Of a DNA stretch of 64,000 nucleotides, positions 1-8,516 are shown in pieces. The translations under genes and the position numbers were made by a program. Position 1 is the first letter of the stretch, and each line of letters opens with the position of its first letter. Origin of the DNA: Desulfomonilia bacterium (lineage in GTDB: Bacteria; Desulfobacterota; Desulfomonilia; UBA1062); contig CAXXDQ010000004.1 of the NCBI GenBank assembly GCA_963664325.2, forward strand, positions 128,001 through 192,000. Direction: 5' to 3'. A model generated the notes under the pieces. The model saw only the letters and a list, made by a program, of their open reading frames with translations. It did no database searches and was not told where the DNA came from.

Positions 1-2
1 AG

Positions 3-86
3 GCACAAACAGGCGATTCAATAGAAGTAACGGCAACAAGCAAAACAGGAGGTTCAAAGACTGCAAGCATAACCGTCGGGAGTTAA
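3..86 (+). CDS. 3' end of a gene truncated by the window edge (…AQTGDSIEVTATSKTGGSKTASITVGS*)
   Basis: Frame 3 is open from the edge to TAA at 84-86, 9 nt before the next ATG; beta-strand-like composition. Confidence 0.5.
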   Translation, partial: AQTGDSIEVTATSKTGGSKTASITVGS

Positions 87-95
87 CCGGGGATT

Positions 96-488
96 ATGCA
101 AACAGTAGTTATCCATGCATTATTAATGGCAACAGGCTTAATTACTATGGCTGCTGCCGCCTTTATTGCCATGACCCAAAGAAAAAAAAGATGGTGGCTC
201 AAGGCACACAGGCCTTTCGGGATTGCAGGGGCATTATCCATGATAGCCGGATTTTTCGCCATCCTCCTGATTCAGGACAGCCAGGGATCAAGCTTGATTC
301 CTGAAATACACGGCATTTTTGGCGGATCAGCAATAGCATTGGTATGCGCCGCTCCAATCCTGGGAATACTAATGTTCCGGCTTAAAAAGAAATGGATGAG
401 GCCCGCTCACCGATGGGCAGGCCGTTTTGCCATCGCAATCGCCTTTACAAATCTTTCGCTGGGGCTTTTTATGACGGGCCTGATCTAG
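96..488 (+). CDS. Cytochrome b561-like 4-TM membrane protein
   Basis: Four hydrophobic helices, each with a His (HALL, HRPFG, HGIFG, HRWAG). Confidence 0.6.
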   Translation: MQTVVIHALLMATGLITMAAAAFIAMTQRKKRWWLKAHRPFGIAGALSMIAGFFAILLIQDSQGSSLIPEIHGIFGGSAIALVCAAPILGILMFRLKKKWMRPAHRWAGRFAIAIAFTNLSLGLFMTGLI

Positions 489-516
489 TCGCATGATGCC
501 GTCAGCAGACGGTTTT

Positions 517-1104
517 TCAGCCCAGATTGTCCAGCCTGTTCATCATATTATCGAAAACACCCTGGCTGACCCCTATCGGGACAACATAGAGTATCTTTTG
601 AACTTCAGGCTCATAAACCTCGATTATGGGCATCCTGGGTATTTCATGGGATTTCATATACCTGGCGATTTTTGGATATACCCTGTAAATCCCTATTACA
701 ATTGAGGGCAACCCTTTAAATGGGAATTCCACAACAAGGTAATTGGTCTGCGGTAGCTCTCCTATCGGATATTTTTTTTCAAGCTCCATAATCCTTGTTG
801 GATCAACGCCATCAAGTATCCTGCCTATTATGGACCTTGTTTTATCTTCAGGTGTCACCTTGGGGTCATCATAATAAATGCCCAATCCCCTTGAAGTCAC
901 AATATCTGCTTCTTTGAGATCATTGTACATTTCATCCATAATCGGTCCGACATCCTTGTAGGCGCCAACGTTTTTTTTCATTATGAACACATAAGGCCCT
1001 ATTTCTTTTTCCTGAATGTTTACGGGTGCGAACAATCCGTAGAATGAAAAAATAGCAGCTGAGATTCCTATAAGGATTCCTACAATGACTACCACTGTCT
1101 TCAT
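517..1104 (-). CDS. Membrane-anchored GyrI-like small-molecule-binding domain protein
   Basis: GGAGG upstream of ATG 1104; N-terminal TM; GAYKDVG, GIYYDDP and IEVYE motifs. Confidence 0.65.
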   Translation of the reverse strand: MKTVVVIVGILIGISAAIFSFYGLFAPVNIQEKEIGPYVFIMKKNVGAYKDVGPIMDEMYNDLKEADIVTSRGLGIYYDDPKVTPEDKTRSIIGRILDGVDPTRIMELEKKYPIGELPQTNYLVVEFPFKGLPSIVIGIYRVYPKIARYMKSHEIPRMPIIEVYEPEVQKILYVVPIGVSQGVFDNMMNRLDNLG

Positions 1105-1191
1105 TTTTAGCCTCCTGTCAAAAAAGATCCGCAACATCTGTTTCCAGCATTTCATATCTTTTTCGACTTTCTGTCGGAAAATATTTAATAA

Positions 1192-1205
1192 TTGATTCAT
1201 ATCAA
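1192..1205. promoter_or_regulatory. Perfect FNR/Crp-type box TTGAT-TCAT-ATCAA
   Basis: Exact TTGAT-N4-ATCAA in the divergent intergenic region, extended to AATTGAT-N4-ATCAATT. Confidence 0.75.
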
Positions 1206-1284
1206 TTATAACTTTTATGGCCATTGCATGTTCAACGGCAGGCTCATATTATTTCAATGTATTCAAATATCCGGAGGAATTGAC

Positions 1285-4200
1285 ATGAACTCAAGCCAGA
1301 AACTGACACTTAAAGACACAGTCAAACATGTAACTTTCGACGATACGGAGCTCATGCTTTACGGCCATGACATAGGCGCTCTGCCGTCTCTGATAAAGCC
1401 TCTTGTCGGCAGCACGGTACCGGATGCGGTTGTTCAGCCTGAAAATGAGGCCGAACTGATCTCACTCGTGAAATGGGCGAATGGGAACGGCATCCCGCTG
1501 ACGCCAAGAGGAAAGGCGACCTCGGGATACGGCGGAGTTCTGCCTGTAAAAGCCGGAGTGATAGTCGATTTCTGGCGTATGAAGGGCGTTATCTCAATTG
1601 ATAATAAAAACATTACTGCAACTGTGGAACCGGGCATTACCTGGGAAAAGCTCGACAGGGCGCTTATGAAAAAGGGGCTTACGCTTTGCATGTACCCTTC
1701 TAGCTATCCTGCGGCTACGGTAGGAGGCTGGCTGGCTCAGGGCGGTGCAGGTTTCGGAAGTTATGAATTCGGTTATTTCAGGGACATTGTCGTTTCGGCA
1801 AAGGCGGTGCTTCCAAGCGGTGAGGTCAGGGAATTCAAGGGCAATGACCTTGACCTCGTTTACGAGGCGGAAGGCATAACGGGAATTATAAGTGAGGTGA
1901 CAATCAGGGTTCAGTCATATGAAGAGCTTGATTACTGTTCATTTACATGCCCTGACTCAGCTGCAGTAAAAAATGTTGCAGATGAAATAATGAAAAAGAA
2001 ACTACCCATATGGGCCATGCTCTTCATTAATCCAAAGATGGCCGAATTCAAACGTATAGCTCCTGTCAGGGAGCACCACGGCCATCCTGCTGAAGAACAG
2101 GCGAATCTTCCGAGCGGAGATTTCGTAATGACGCTTGCCTTTAAAAAAAGTGCATCCGGTAAGGTCAGAAGCTCAATTGCTGAAATTATAAAATGCTGCG
2201 ACTGCCAGATGCTGTCTCAGGAGATCGCCGACCATGAATGGGAAAACCGCTTCAGGCTGATGGTGGTTAAACGCCTCGGGCCGTCACTGGCTCCTGTTGA
2301 AGTCATTGTCCCGCTTGAAAACATGCCGCAGGTTTTTGAAGAGATAAATGCCAAGGTCGGCCAGCCCATAGTTAAAGAAGCCGTTATTATTCCGAACGGC
2401 AGAAACGGCAAACCTGAGGTCGTTATCCTGGGCTTTATCCCGTGCGACCAGAGAAGGTTCGGGTATAACTTCGTATTCGCCCTGGCGCTCACGGTTATGA
2501 AGATTGCAGAGAAAAACGGCGGCCGTGCATACAGCACCGGGCTTTATTTCGCATCAAAAGCCAACCAGGTGCTTGGAAAAGACCGGCTGAGAAAAATAGC
2601 GGCATTCAAGAAAAAGGTTGATCCCGAAGGAATATTAAACCCTGAAAAGGTTCTGGGCGGAGGCCTGCTCAAACTGGCCATGCAGATTGCCCCGGTCTTC
2701 GAACCCATAACAAGGGCGCTTGGAAATTCCGCAAAAATCCATGTCGGCGAAAGGCCTGTTGAAGCTGTCAAGGGCATTCCGCCCGAAGTCGTCTGGTATG
2801 CTTACTCATGTTCACAGTGCGGCTACTGCGTCGACGAATGCGACCAGTATTACGGCAGAGGCTGGGAAAGCCAGAGCCCAAGAGGCAAATGGTACTGGCT
2901 GAGGCAGTTCCTTGAGGGTAAGAAGAAATGGGACCAGAAAATGGTCGACACTTTCATAGTCTGCACAACGTGCGAGCTGTGCAATAACCGCTGTTCTGCA
3001 GCACTGCCCATAGAGCAGTCATGGATGAAGTTACGGGGCAAGCTTATACAAGATGACAGGCAAATGACATTCCCTCCTTTTGCCATGATGGAAAAAGCGA
3101 CGCTCGCTGAAGGAGACATCTGGGCGGGCTACAGAAAAGACCGGGATGCATGGTTCCCGAAGGATTTGATGGAAAAGCACGGGCCCGACGTGAAGGCAAA
3201 AAACGCCTATTTCGCAGGCTGTACGGCAAGCTATGTGGAAAACGACATAAGCATAGCAAGCGTAAGACTGCTAGATGAAGCTGGGGTTGATTTCGCCTAT
3301 GTCGGCAAATCTGAGAGCTGCTGCGGTACGCCCATGCTGGTTGCCGGCAAATGGGACACATTTACAAAAATCATGAAGGACAACATAGCCGCTGTCAAGG
3401 CAAAGGGCGCGGACACGGTCATTTCATCATGCCCGGCCTGTGACATGATGTGGCGCCATGTTTACCCGACATGGGCCAAGAAAATCGGCATAAATTACGA
3501 CATCACTGCAAAGCACTATTCAGAGATCGTTGCCGATAAAATCGATTCCGGCGAGTTTAAATTTCCGGAGAAGCTCCCTGAACAGACCGTCACATGGCAC
3601 GATTCATGCCATGCAGGCAGGGTGAGCGGCATTTATGACCCGCCGAGGAAGCTGATCGAAGCGATACCGAACGTTAAATTTGTCGAGATGGAAAACAACC
3701 GCGAGTGCGCTCACTGCTGCGGAAGCGTCCTGACCCTCATAAAGGAACCCGATGTGGCTGCGTTCATCGGCAAGGGCCGGCTTGAAGAGGCCGAGGAGGC
3801 CGGTGCGGACAAGGTGCTGGCGCTCTGCCCGTGCTGCGAATTCCAGCTACGCGTCTCGGCGGACAAGGCAGATTCAAAAGTTAAGGTGGAAGACCTGGCA
3901 TCGTTTGCTGCCAAGGCGCTCGGCCATGAACTGCCCGACCCTCACCCCGAGGTGAAAGCTCAGTGGGCGGTTTTTGACGGAATGATCGCGCTCATGACGC
4001 CGAAGGGTTTTGCCGACCTGATGGGTACCATGTGGCCGGAGCTTATAAATGCCATGCCTTTCGGCATGGGTTACATGATGCGGTTCTTCGGTAAAAACCT
4101 TCCTAAAATACTGGATATGATGAAGCCCGTGTTCCCCATCCTTTTCCCGATACTGCTGCCAATGATGATGCCCAAGGTCATGCCTGAAATGCTTTCGCGC

Positions 4201-4356
4201 GTTGCCTCAAAGGTTCCGATGCCCGATTACATGAAGGAGCAGATGCCGTCACTCATGCCTAAAGTCATGGATGAGCTCATGCCGCACATGATCGGCGATG
4301 TAGTACCGCTGGTGACAGGGCCGATGATTGAATATCTGAAAAGAAGTGGTGAGTAA
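1285..4356 (+). CDS. FAD-linked oxidase / 4Fe-4S / CCG-domain fusion oxidoreductase (GlcD-GlcF-like)
   Basis: GGAGG then ATG 1285; PRGKATSGYGG FAD motif, two CxxCxxCxxxC motifs, CCG motifs, WHDSCH. Confidence 0.85.
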   Translation: MNSSQKLTLKDTVKHVTFDDTELMLYGHDIGALPSLIKPLVGSTVPDAVVQPENEAELISLVKWANGNGIPLTPRGKATSGYGGVLPVKAGVIVDFWRMKGVISIDNKNITATVEPGITWEKLDRALMKKGLTLCMYPSSYPAATVGGWLAQGGAGFGSYEFGYFRDIVVSAKAVLPSGEVREFKGNDLDLVYEAEGITGIISEVTIRVQSYEELDYCSFTCPDSAAVKNVADEIMKKKLPIWAMLFINPKMAEFKRIAPVREHHGHPAEEQANLPSGDFVMTLAFKKSASGKVRSSIAEIIKCCDCQMLSQEIADHEWENRFRLMVVKRLGPSLAPVEVIVPLENMPQVFEEINAKVGQPIVKEAVIIPNGRNGKPEVVILGFIPCDQRRFGYNFVFALALTVMKIAEKNGGRAYSTGLYFASKANQVLGKDRLRKIAAFKKKVDPEGILNPEKVLGGGLLKLAMQIAPVFEPITRALGNSAKIHVGERPVEAVKGIPPEVVWYAYSCSQCGYCVDECDQYYGRGWESQSPRGKWYWLRQFLEGKKKWDQKMVDTFIVCTTCELCNNRCSAALPIEQSWMKLRGKLIQDDRQMTFPPFAMMEKATLAEGDIWAGYRKDRDAWFPKDLMEKHGPDVKAKNAYFAGCTASYVENDISIASVRLLDEAGVDFAYVGKSESCCGTPMLVAGKWDTFTKIMKDNIAAVKAKGADTVISSCPACDMMWRHVYPTWAKKIGINYDITAKHYSEIVADKIDSGEFKFPEKLPEQTVTWHDSCHAGRVSGIYDPPRKLIEAIPNVKFVEMENNRECAHCCGSVLTLIKEPDVAAFIGKGRLEEAEEAGADKVLALCPCCEFQLRVSADKADSKVKVEDLASFAAKALGHELPDPHPEVKAQWAVFDGMIALMTPKGFADLMGTMWPELINAMPFGMGYMMRFFGKNLPKILDMMKPVFPILFPILLPMMMPKVMPEMLSRVASKVPMPDYMKEQMPSLMPKVMDELMPHMIGDVVPLVTGPMIEYLKRSGE

Positions 4357-4464
4357 AGAGTGGTGAGTTGTGAGTAGTAAAGAAAAACAGGGCGTCAGAC
4401 GTTATCAGGATGCTCTGTTTCTTTCTTCTCACTCCTGACCACTTACCATTCTTAACTCACCACT
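4345..4464. repeat. Long imperfect inverted repeat of GTGAGT-type units between convergent genes (probable bidirectional terminator)
   Basis: AGTGGTGAGT (4345-4354) pairs with ACTCACCACT (4455-4464); arms of about 50 nt; overlaps both stop codons. Confidence 0.75.
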
Positions 4465-5496
4465 ATCCTTAACAATCGCTTCCCAGAGCCCGGCCAGGTA
4501 CATGACGCCCAGCGCCCTGTCGTAAAGCCCGTAGCCCGGCCTGCCGGTCTCGCCCCATATCATGCGGCCGTGGTCAGGCCTTATGATGCCGTCAAAACCG
4601 GTCTCGTAAAGCGCCTTCATGATCTCATACATATCCAGGTTGCCGCATTCGCTGGGATGGGCGGTTTCATGAAACTTCCTGTTTCCGCCTCTTTCGATAT
4701 TTCTTGCATGCACAAAAGGAATCCTGTCCTTGAACCTCTTTATCATTGCACACAGGTCGTTCTCGGCTGCAGGTCCCAGAGAGCCCGTGCAAAGCGTAAT
4801 CCCGTTGAAAGGACTGTCAACAACAGCAAGCAGTCTTGCAAGCGCCGGCCCGTCTGTAATTATCCGTGGCAGCCCCATTATAGGCCAGGGCGGATCGTCG
4901 GGATGAATGCCCATCCTGACCCCGCATTCCTCCGCAACCGGCACCACCGCCCTCAGGAAATAGCTGAGGTTTGCCCACATGTCTTCATCTGTGACGCCCT
5001 TATAGGCCTCAAGCATGAGACTGAGCCTTTCACGGGTATAGCTCTGGGCCCAGGCCGGCATATCAAGCTTTTCCATATTGTTCACCAGCCCGGCAAGTTC
5101 CGCATCATCGTAATCAAGGCATGAGGAGCCATCGGGAAGCGTTTTCTCAAGGTCCGTCCTCATCCAGTCGAACACGGGCATGAAGTTGTAGCAGAGCACC
5201 CCGATCCCTGCCCGGCCTGTATTCCTGATGCTTTCGGAATAGTTTTCAATGTATTCATCCCTGCCCGGCAGACCAAGCTTGATATCTTCATGGACAGGTA
5301 TGCTTTCGATGGCCGAGAGCTCAAGCCCGGATTTTTCCACAGTGTCTTTCAGTGCCAGGATTCCTTTAACCGGCCAGACCGCCCCGGCCGGAATATCAGG
5401 CAGAGCGGATACGATGCCTTTGACAGCCGGTATCTGTCTTATGTGTTTCAGCTGCACCGGGTCGTTTTCGCCATACCATCTGAATGTGAACTTCAT
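4429..5496 (-). CDS. uxuA: Mannonate dehydratase
   Basis: MKFTFRWYG, CYNFMPVFDW, HPDDPP, RPDHGR, GYGLYDRALG. Confidence 0.95.
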   Translation of the reverse strand: MKFTFRWYGENDPVQLKHIRQIPAVKGIVSALPDIPAGAVWPVKGILALKDTVEKSGLELSAIESIPVHEDIKLGLPGRDEYIENYSESIRNTGRAGIGVLCYNFMPVFDWMRTDLEKTLPDGSSCLDYDDAELAGLVNNMEKLDMPAWAQSYTRERLSLMLEAYKGVTDEDMWANLSYFLRAVVPVAEECGVRMGIHPDDPPWPIMGLPRIITDGPALARLLAVVDSPFNGITLCTGSLGPAAENDLCAMIKRFKDRIPFVHARNIERGGNRKFHETAHPSECGNLDMYEIMKALYETGFDGIIRPDHGRMIWGETGRPGYGLYDRALGVMYLAGLWEAIVKDSGELRMVSGQE

Positions 5497-5559
5497 ACAG
5501 GTCATTATATGAGTGTTTTGCATTTACGCAAGCAGGCCCTTAATGATAATCCTTTGATC

Positions 5560-6885
5560 ATGAAGCATCTTATGGAATTTTCAAGGTTCGGATTGTTCAG
5601 GGCCCTGGTTGCCGGACTGATATTTATCATTTTCTCGCAATCACTTTATGCCGGAGATACGGCTGTCGTAAACCGATCTTATAATTATCTTGAGAGCATT
5701 CCAGCCGAAACGAAAGATACTTTGGCCATGGTCTCGCTGGAAAGGCCTCTCGTGCCTGAAAACGCACTTATCCTCTGGCCGGACAGGGATGGAGACGGGC
5801 TCGACGATGAGATGGAGGCTGGCCTGGCTGAAACGGTACGGCCGTTTCTAGTTTTTGATTCGAACGAAAAGGCCCTTGAAAAGGATGAGCCAACAACCCT
5901 GTTCCAGGTCAGACCCGTTGACCTGTCCGGTCCGGACAATATCTCCGTAAGAATCAGATGGGTGCTGCTCTTCAGTAACGACGGCGGATACGGTCCATGT
6001 TCGTCTTTATGCGGCGGTTCTCACAAGGGTGATATAAAAGTCATCACCTTTGATATGGTCTCGAATGACAGGGGGTTGACCTGGGAAATCAAGTCAATAG
6101 CCCTCGGCGAAAAGGAAACCCTTGTATGGGAAAAGGGCTTTGATAAAATCTCTTCAAAGATGTCCCATCCTGTTATCTTTATGTCTTCAGGCAGACACAA
6201 CCCTTATTTCTCTCCTGCGTCCAGCGGCATAAGTTCTGCGTACAGCACTTTCGGCTGCTGCGATAATGTTGACGGCAAAGGGAGGTCCATTCTGCCCGAC
6301 ACAAAAAACGCAGGCGAGCCCGAAGCGCACCCTGAACCGGATTTTGCAGACAGCCTCTCCCCTGCGTTTCCCGGCTTTTCAGCATGGGGAAGAGACAATT
6401 TTTTTTCCATATGGTCCGGAAACATATCCGGCAGATGGCTTAAAAATAAAATTATCCCCAGGGACGCCTCCCTTTGCTCAATTGAAAGCTTGAGCAGTCC
6501 GGGGAATTTTATCAGACATAAGCGTTTCAAGGGCGAGGTGGCGAAGATCCAATCAGCCCGCGACAGACTCGATGCAAGGTTCCGCATTATACCGGCCGAT
6601 GTTTCAAAAGAAACGGTTCTGATCGAGTCCGTAAACTATCCCGGATATTTTTTTGCAAACCGGAACGGCCGCATTTCGCTGATAAAACCAAGCAGCGAGG
6701 AAGAAAAAAAAGCTGCTGTTTTTAAGATGGGAAAAGGCCTGAAAGGAAGAGTATCTGTTTCTTTCGAATCAGCCGGGATGAAAAGGGCTTTCATGAGAGT
6801 AAGGGACGGGCATTTATATGTTGAACCCCGCAGAGGCAAGTCATTCTGCATAGATGCGTCTTTCATGATAAGACCGCAGCAGTAA
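5560..6885 (+). CDS. Secreted protein with C-terminal AbfB/CBM42 beta-trefoil domain
   Basis: Signal peptide ending LYA-G; DRDGDGLDD loop; three ES-x-N/S-x-PG-x-F-type repeats at the C-terminus; start 5560 or 5572. Confidence 0.65.
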   Translation: MKHLMEFSRFGLFRALVAGLIFIIFSQSLYAGDTAVVNRSYNYLESIPAETKDTLAMVSLERPLVPENALILWPDRDGDGLDDEMEAGLAETVRPFLVFDSNEKALEKDEPTTLFQVRPVDLSGPDNISVRIRWVLLFSNDGGYGPCSSLCGGSHKGDIKVITFDMVSNDRGLTWEIKSIALGEKETLVWEKGFDKISSKMSHPVIFMSSGRHNPYFSPASSGISSAYSTFGCCDNVDGKGRSILPDTKNAGEPEAHPEPDFADSLSPAFPGFSAWGRDNFFSIWSGNISGRWLKNKIIPRDASLCSIESLSSPGNFIRHKRFKGEVAKIQSARDRLDARFRIIPADVSKETVLIESVNYPGYFFANRNGRISLIKPSSEEEKKAAVFKMGKGLKGRVSVSFESAGMKRAFMRVRDGHLYVEPRRGKSFCIDASFMIRPQQ

Positions 6886-6960
6886 TCCCGTTTAATTTTT
6901 TTGTTGTCAGTACAATGGAAATCATTCGTGAAACCCGAGAGAACACATGGTTCTGCAATT

Positions 6961-7629
6961 TTAACTGTTCGATGCCATATTGCCTAACTTGTCCCTGTCA
7001 AGGATCTTTATTAACTTCCCGTTCAGTTCAAGGAGCCCTTCATCCTTAAAGCGCCTGAACGCCCGGGAAAGTGATTCGGGTGTCGTGCCGAGCAGCTTGG
7101 AAAGCTCCCTGTGCGTCATCCCCATCTGCAGCATGTCGGTCGCTCCCTGAAGGACGGATGCATGAAGCAGCCACGTGGCAAGCCTCTGCGGAACTTCCTT
7201 CATGGACAGCATTTCGATCAAATGCATGGTTTCTTTAAGCCTTTTGACGAGAACGCTCATTATATTCAGGAGAAGCGCAGGCTCCGATCTGGCAATCGAT
7301 TCCATGACTTCGGCGGGAAGTATGAGGATTCGAGTTTCGGTAAGAGCCGTGGCATCGGCAGGAAAGCTCCCGTCTTCCATGGCGGTCATGCAGAACGGCT
7401 CACCCGGGCCGAAGATATAAAGTGTCTGCTCATGGCCGTCCGGCGAAGACTTGAAGAGTTTTACACTGCCCCATACGACAATGAAAAAGGCCCTGACTCT
7501 GGTCGATGGGCCGGCAATAAGCTCTCCTGCTTTGTAGGTACGGTATATACCGCTTGAATTAAGCTTTTTCATATCATCTTCAGGCAGTCCGGCAAACAAC
7601 GGTATGTAATCGAGGAATCTGTCTTCCAT
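6961..7629 (-). CDS. Crp/Fnr-family transcriptional regulator (no FNR Fe-S Cys cluster)
   Basis: cNMP-binding barrel (GSVKLFKSSPDGHEQ) and HTH GTTPESLSR. Confidence 0.9.
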   Translation of the reverse strand: MEDRFLDYIPLFAGLPEDDMKKLNSSGIYRTYKAGELIAGPSTRVRAFFIVVWGSVKLFKSSPDGHEQTLYIFGPGEPFCMTAMEDGSFPADATALTETRILILPAEVMESIARSEPALLLNIMSVLVKRLKETMHLIEMLSMKEVPQRLATWLLHASVLQGATDMLQMGMTHRELSKLLGTTPESLSRAFRRFKDEGLLELNGKLIKILDRDKLGNMASNS

Positions 7630-7644
7630 TAATTTCCCCCAAGC

Positions 7645-7658
7645 TTGATTCAGATCAA
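7645..7658. promoter_or_regulatory. Perfect FNR/Crp-type box TTGAT-TCAG-ATCAA
   Basis: Exact palindrome between the Crp/Fnr gene and the divergent HesB-like gene. Confidence 0.8.
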
Positions 7659-7723
7659 TGCTCAAATGATAATGCTTGTGTAAACAATACCGATAGAGAA
7701 AGTAAAGACAAAAGGAGTAAATA

Positions 7724-8017
7724 ATGATCACAATTACCGAAAGCGGGAAGAATGCCCTGGGACTATATTTTAAAAACAGCCAGCCTAAACCCCTGCGAAT
7801 CTATATGATAGCTTCCTGAAGCGGAACCAGACTGGCGCTGGCTCAGGATGAGCCGGGAGAATTCGATAACGTGATAGAGGCGGAAGGTTTTAAGTTCGTA
7901 ATGGATAAAGACCTTGTTAAAATGGCCGGACCGATTACGATAGATACGAATCCTTATACGGGAAGCCCGAAGGTTATCTCGAGGATAACTCCGGGGAAAT
8001 CATCCTGTTCAAGATAG
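7724..8017 (+). CDS. IscA/HesB-like selenoprotein (97 aa, UGA=Sec at codon 32)
   Basis: AAGGAG RBS; MITITESGKNAL…PLRIYMIAS-U-SGTRLALAQDEPGEFDNVIEAEGFKFVMDKDL…; TGA 7817-7819 sits at the conserved Cys position, and homology continues in frame to TAG 8015-8017. Confidence 0.85.
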
Positions 8018-8018
8018 T

Positions 8019-8516
8019 TTATTTGTAAAGAAACACCATATCCGAAAGCTGCTTGCGCTTTGGAGGTTTTGGACACACACAGGGTTCTCCCATAGCGACT
8101 ATGGCCATGAGTTCGTAATCATCCGGGGCGCCAAGGAGTTTTTCAACCTTATCCCTGTTCTTGAGGATTTCTCCGATCCAGAGTCCGCCAAGACCGATGG
8201 AATGGATTGCGAGCAGCATATTCTGTATGCATGCGCCTATTGCCTGCAAGTCTTTGGTCCGGTCATAGCTTGAGGCATTGTCCATGAAAACCGCAATAAG
8301 TGCCCCAGCCGATTTCATGGGGCTGCCGTACTGAGTGAGGTCCGCTAGCCAGGCCTTTGTTTCGGGGTCCTTTATCACCGCGAATCTCCAGGGCTGGTTA
8401 TTCATCCCTGAAGGTGCCCATATCCCGGCCTCAATAGCATGCTTTATGGCTTCGTCCGGAACCGGTACCTTTTTAAACCTTCTTATACTGCGCCGGCTTT
8501 TTATTGTCTTAATCAT
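8019..8516 (-). CDS. Nitroreductase family protein
   Basis: SRRSIRRF, APSGMNNQPWRF, IGACIQNMLLA. Confidence 0.9.
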   Translation of the reverse strand: MIKTIKSRRSIRRFKKVPVPDEAIKHAIEAGIWAPSGMNNQPWRFAVIKDPETKAWLADLTQYGSPMKSAGALIAVFMDNASSYDRTKDLQAIGACIQNMLLAIHSIGLGGLWIGEILKNRDKVEKLLGAPDDYELMAIVAMGEPCVCPKPPKRKQLSDMVFLYK

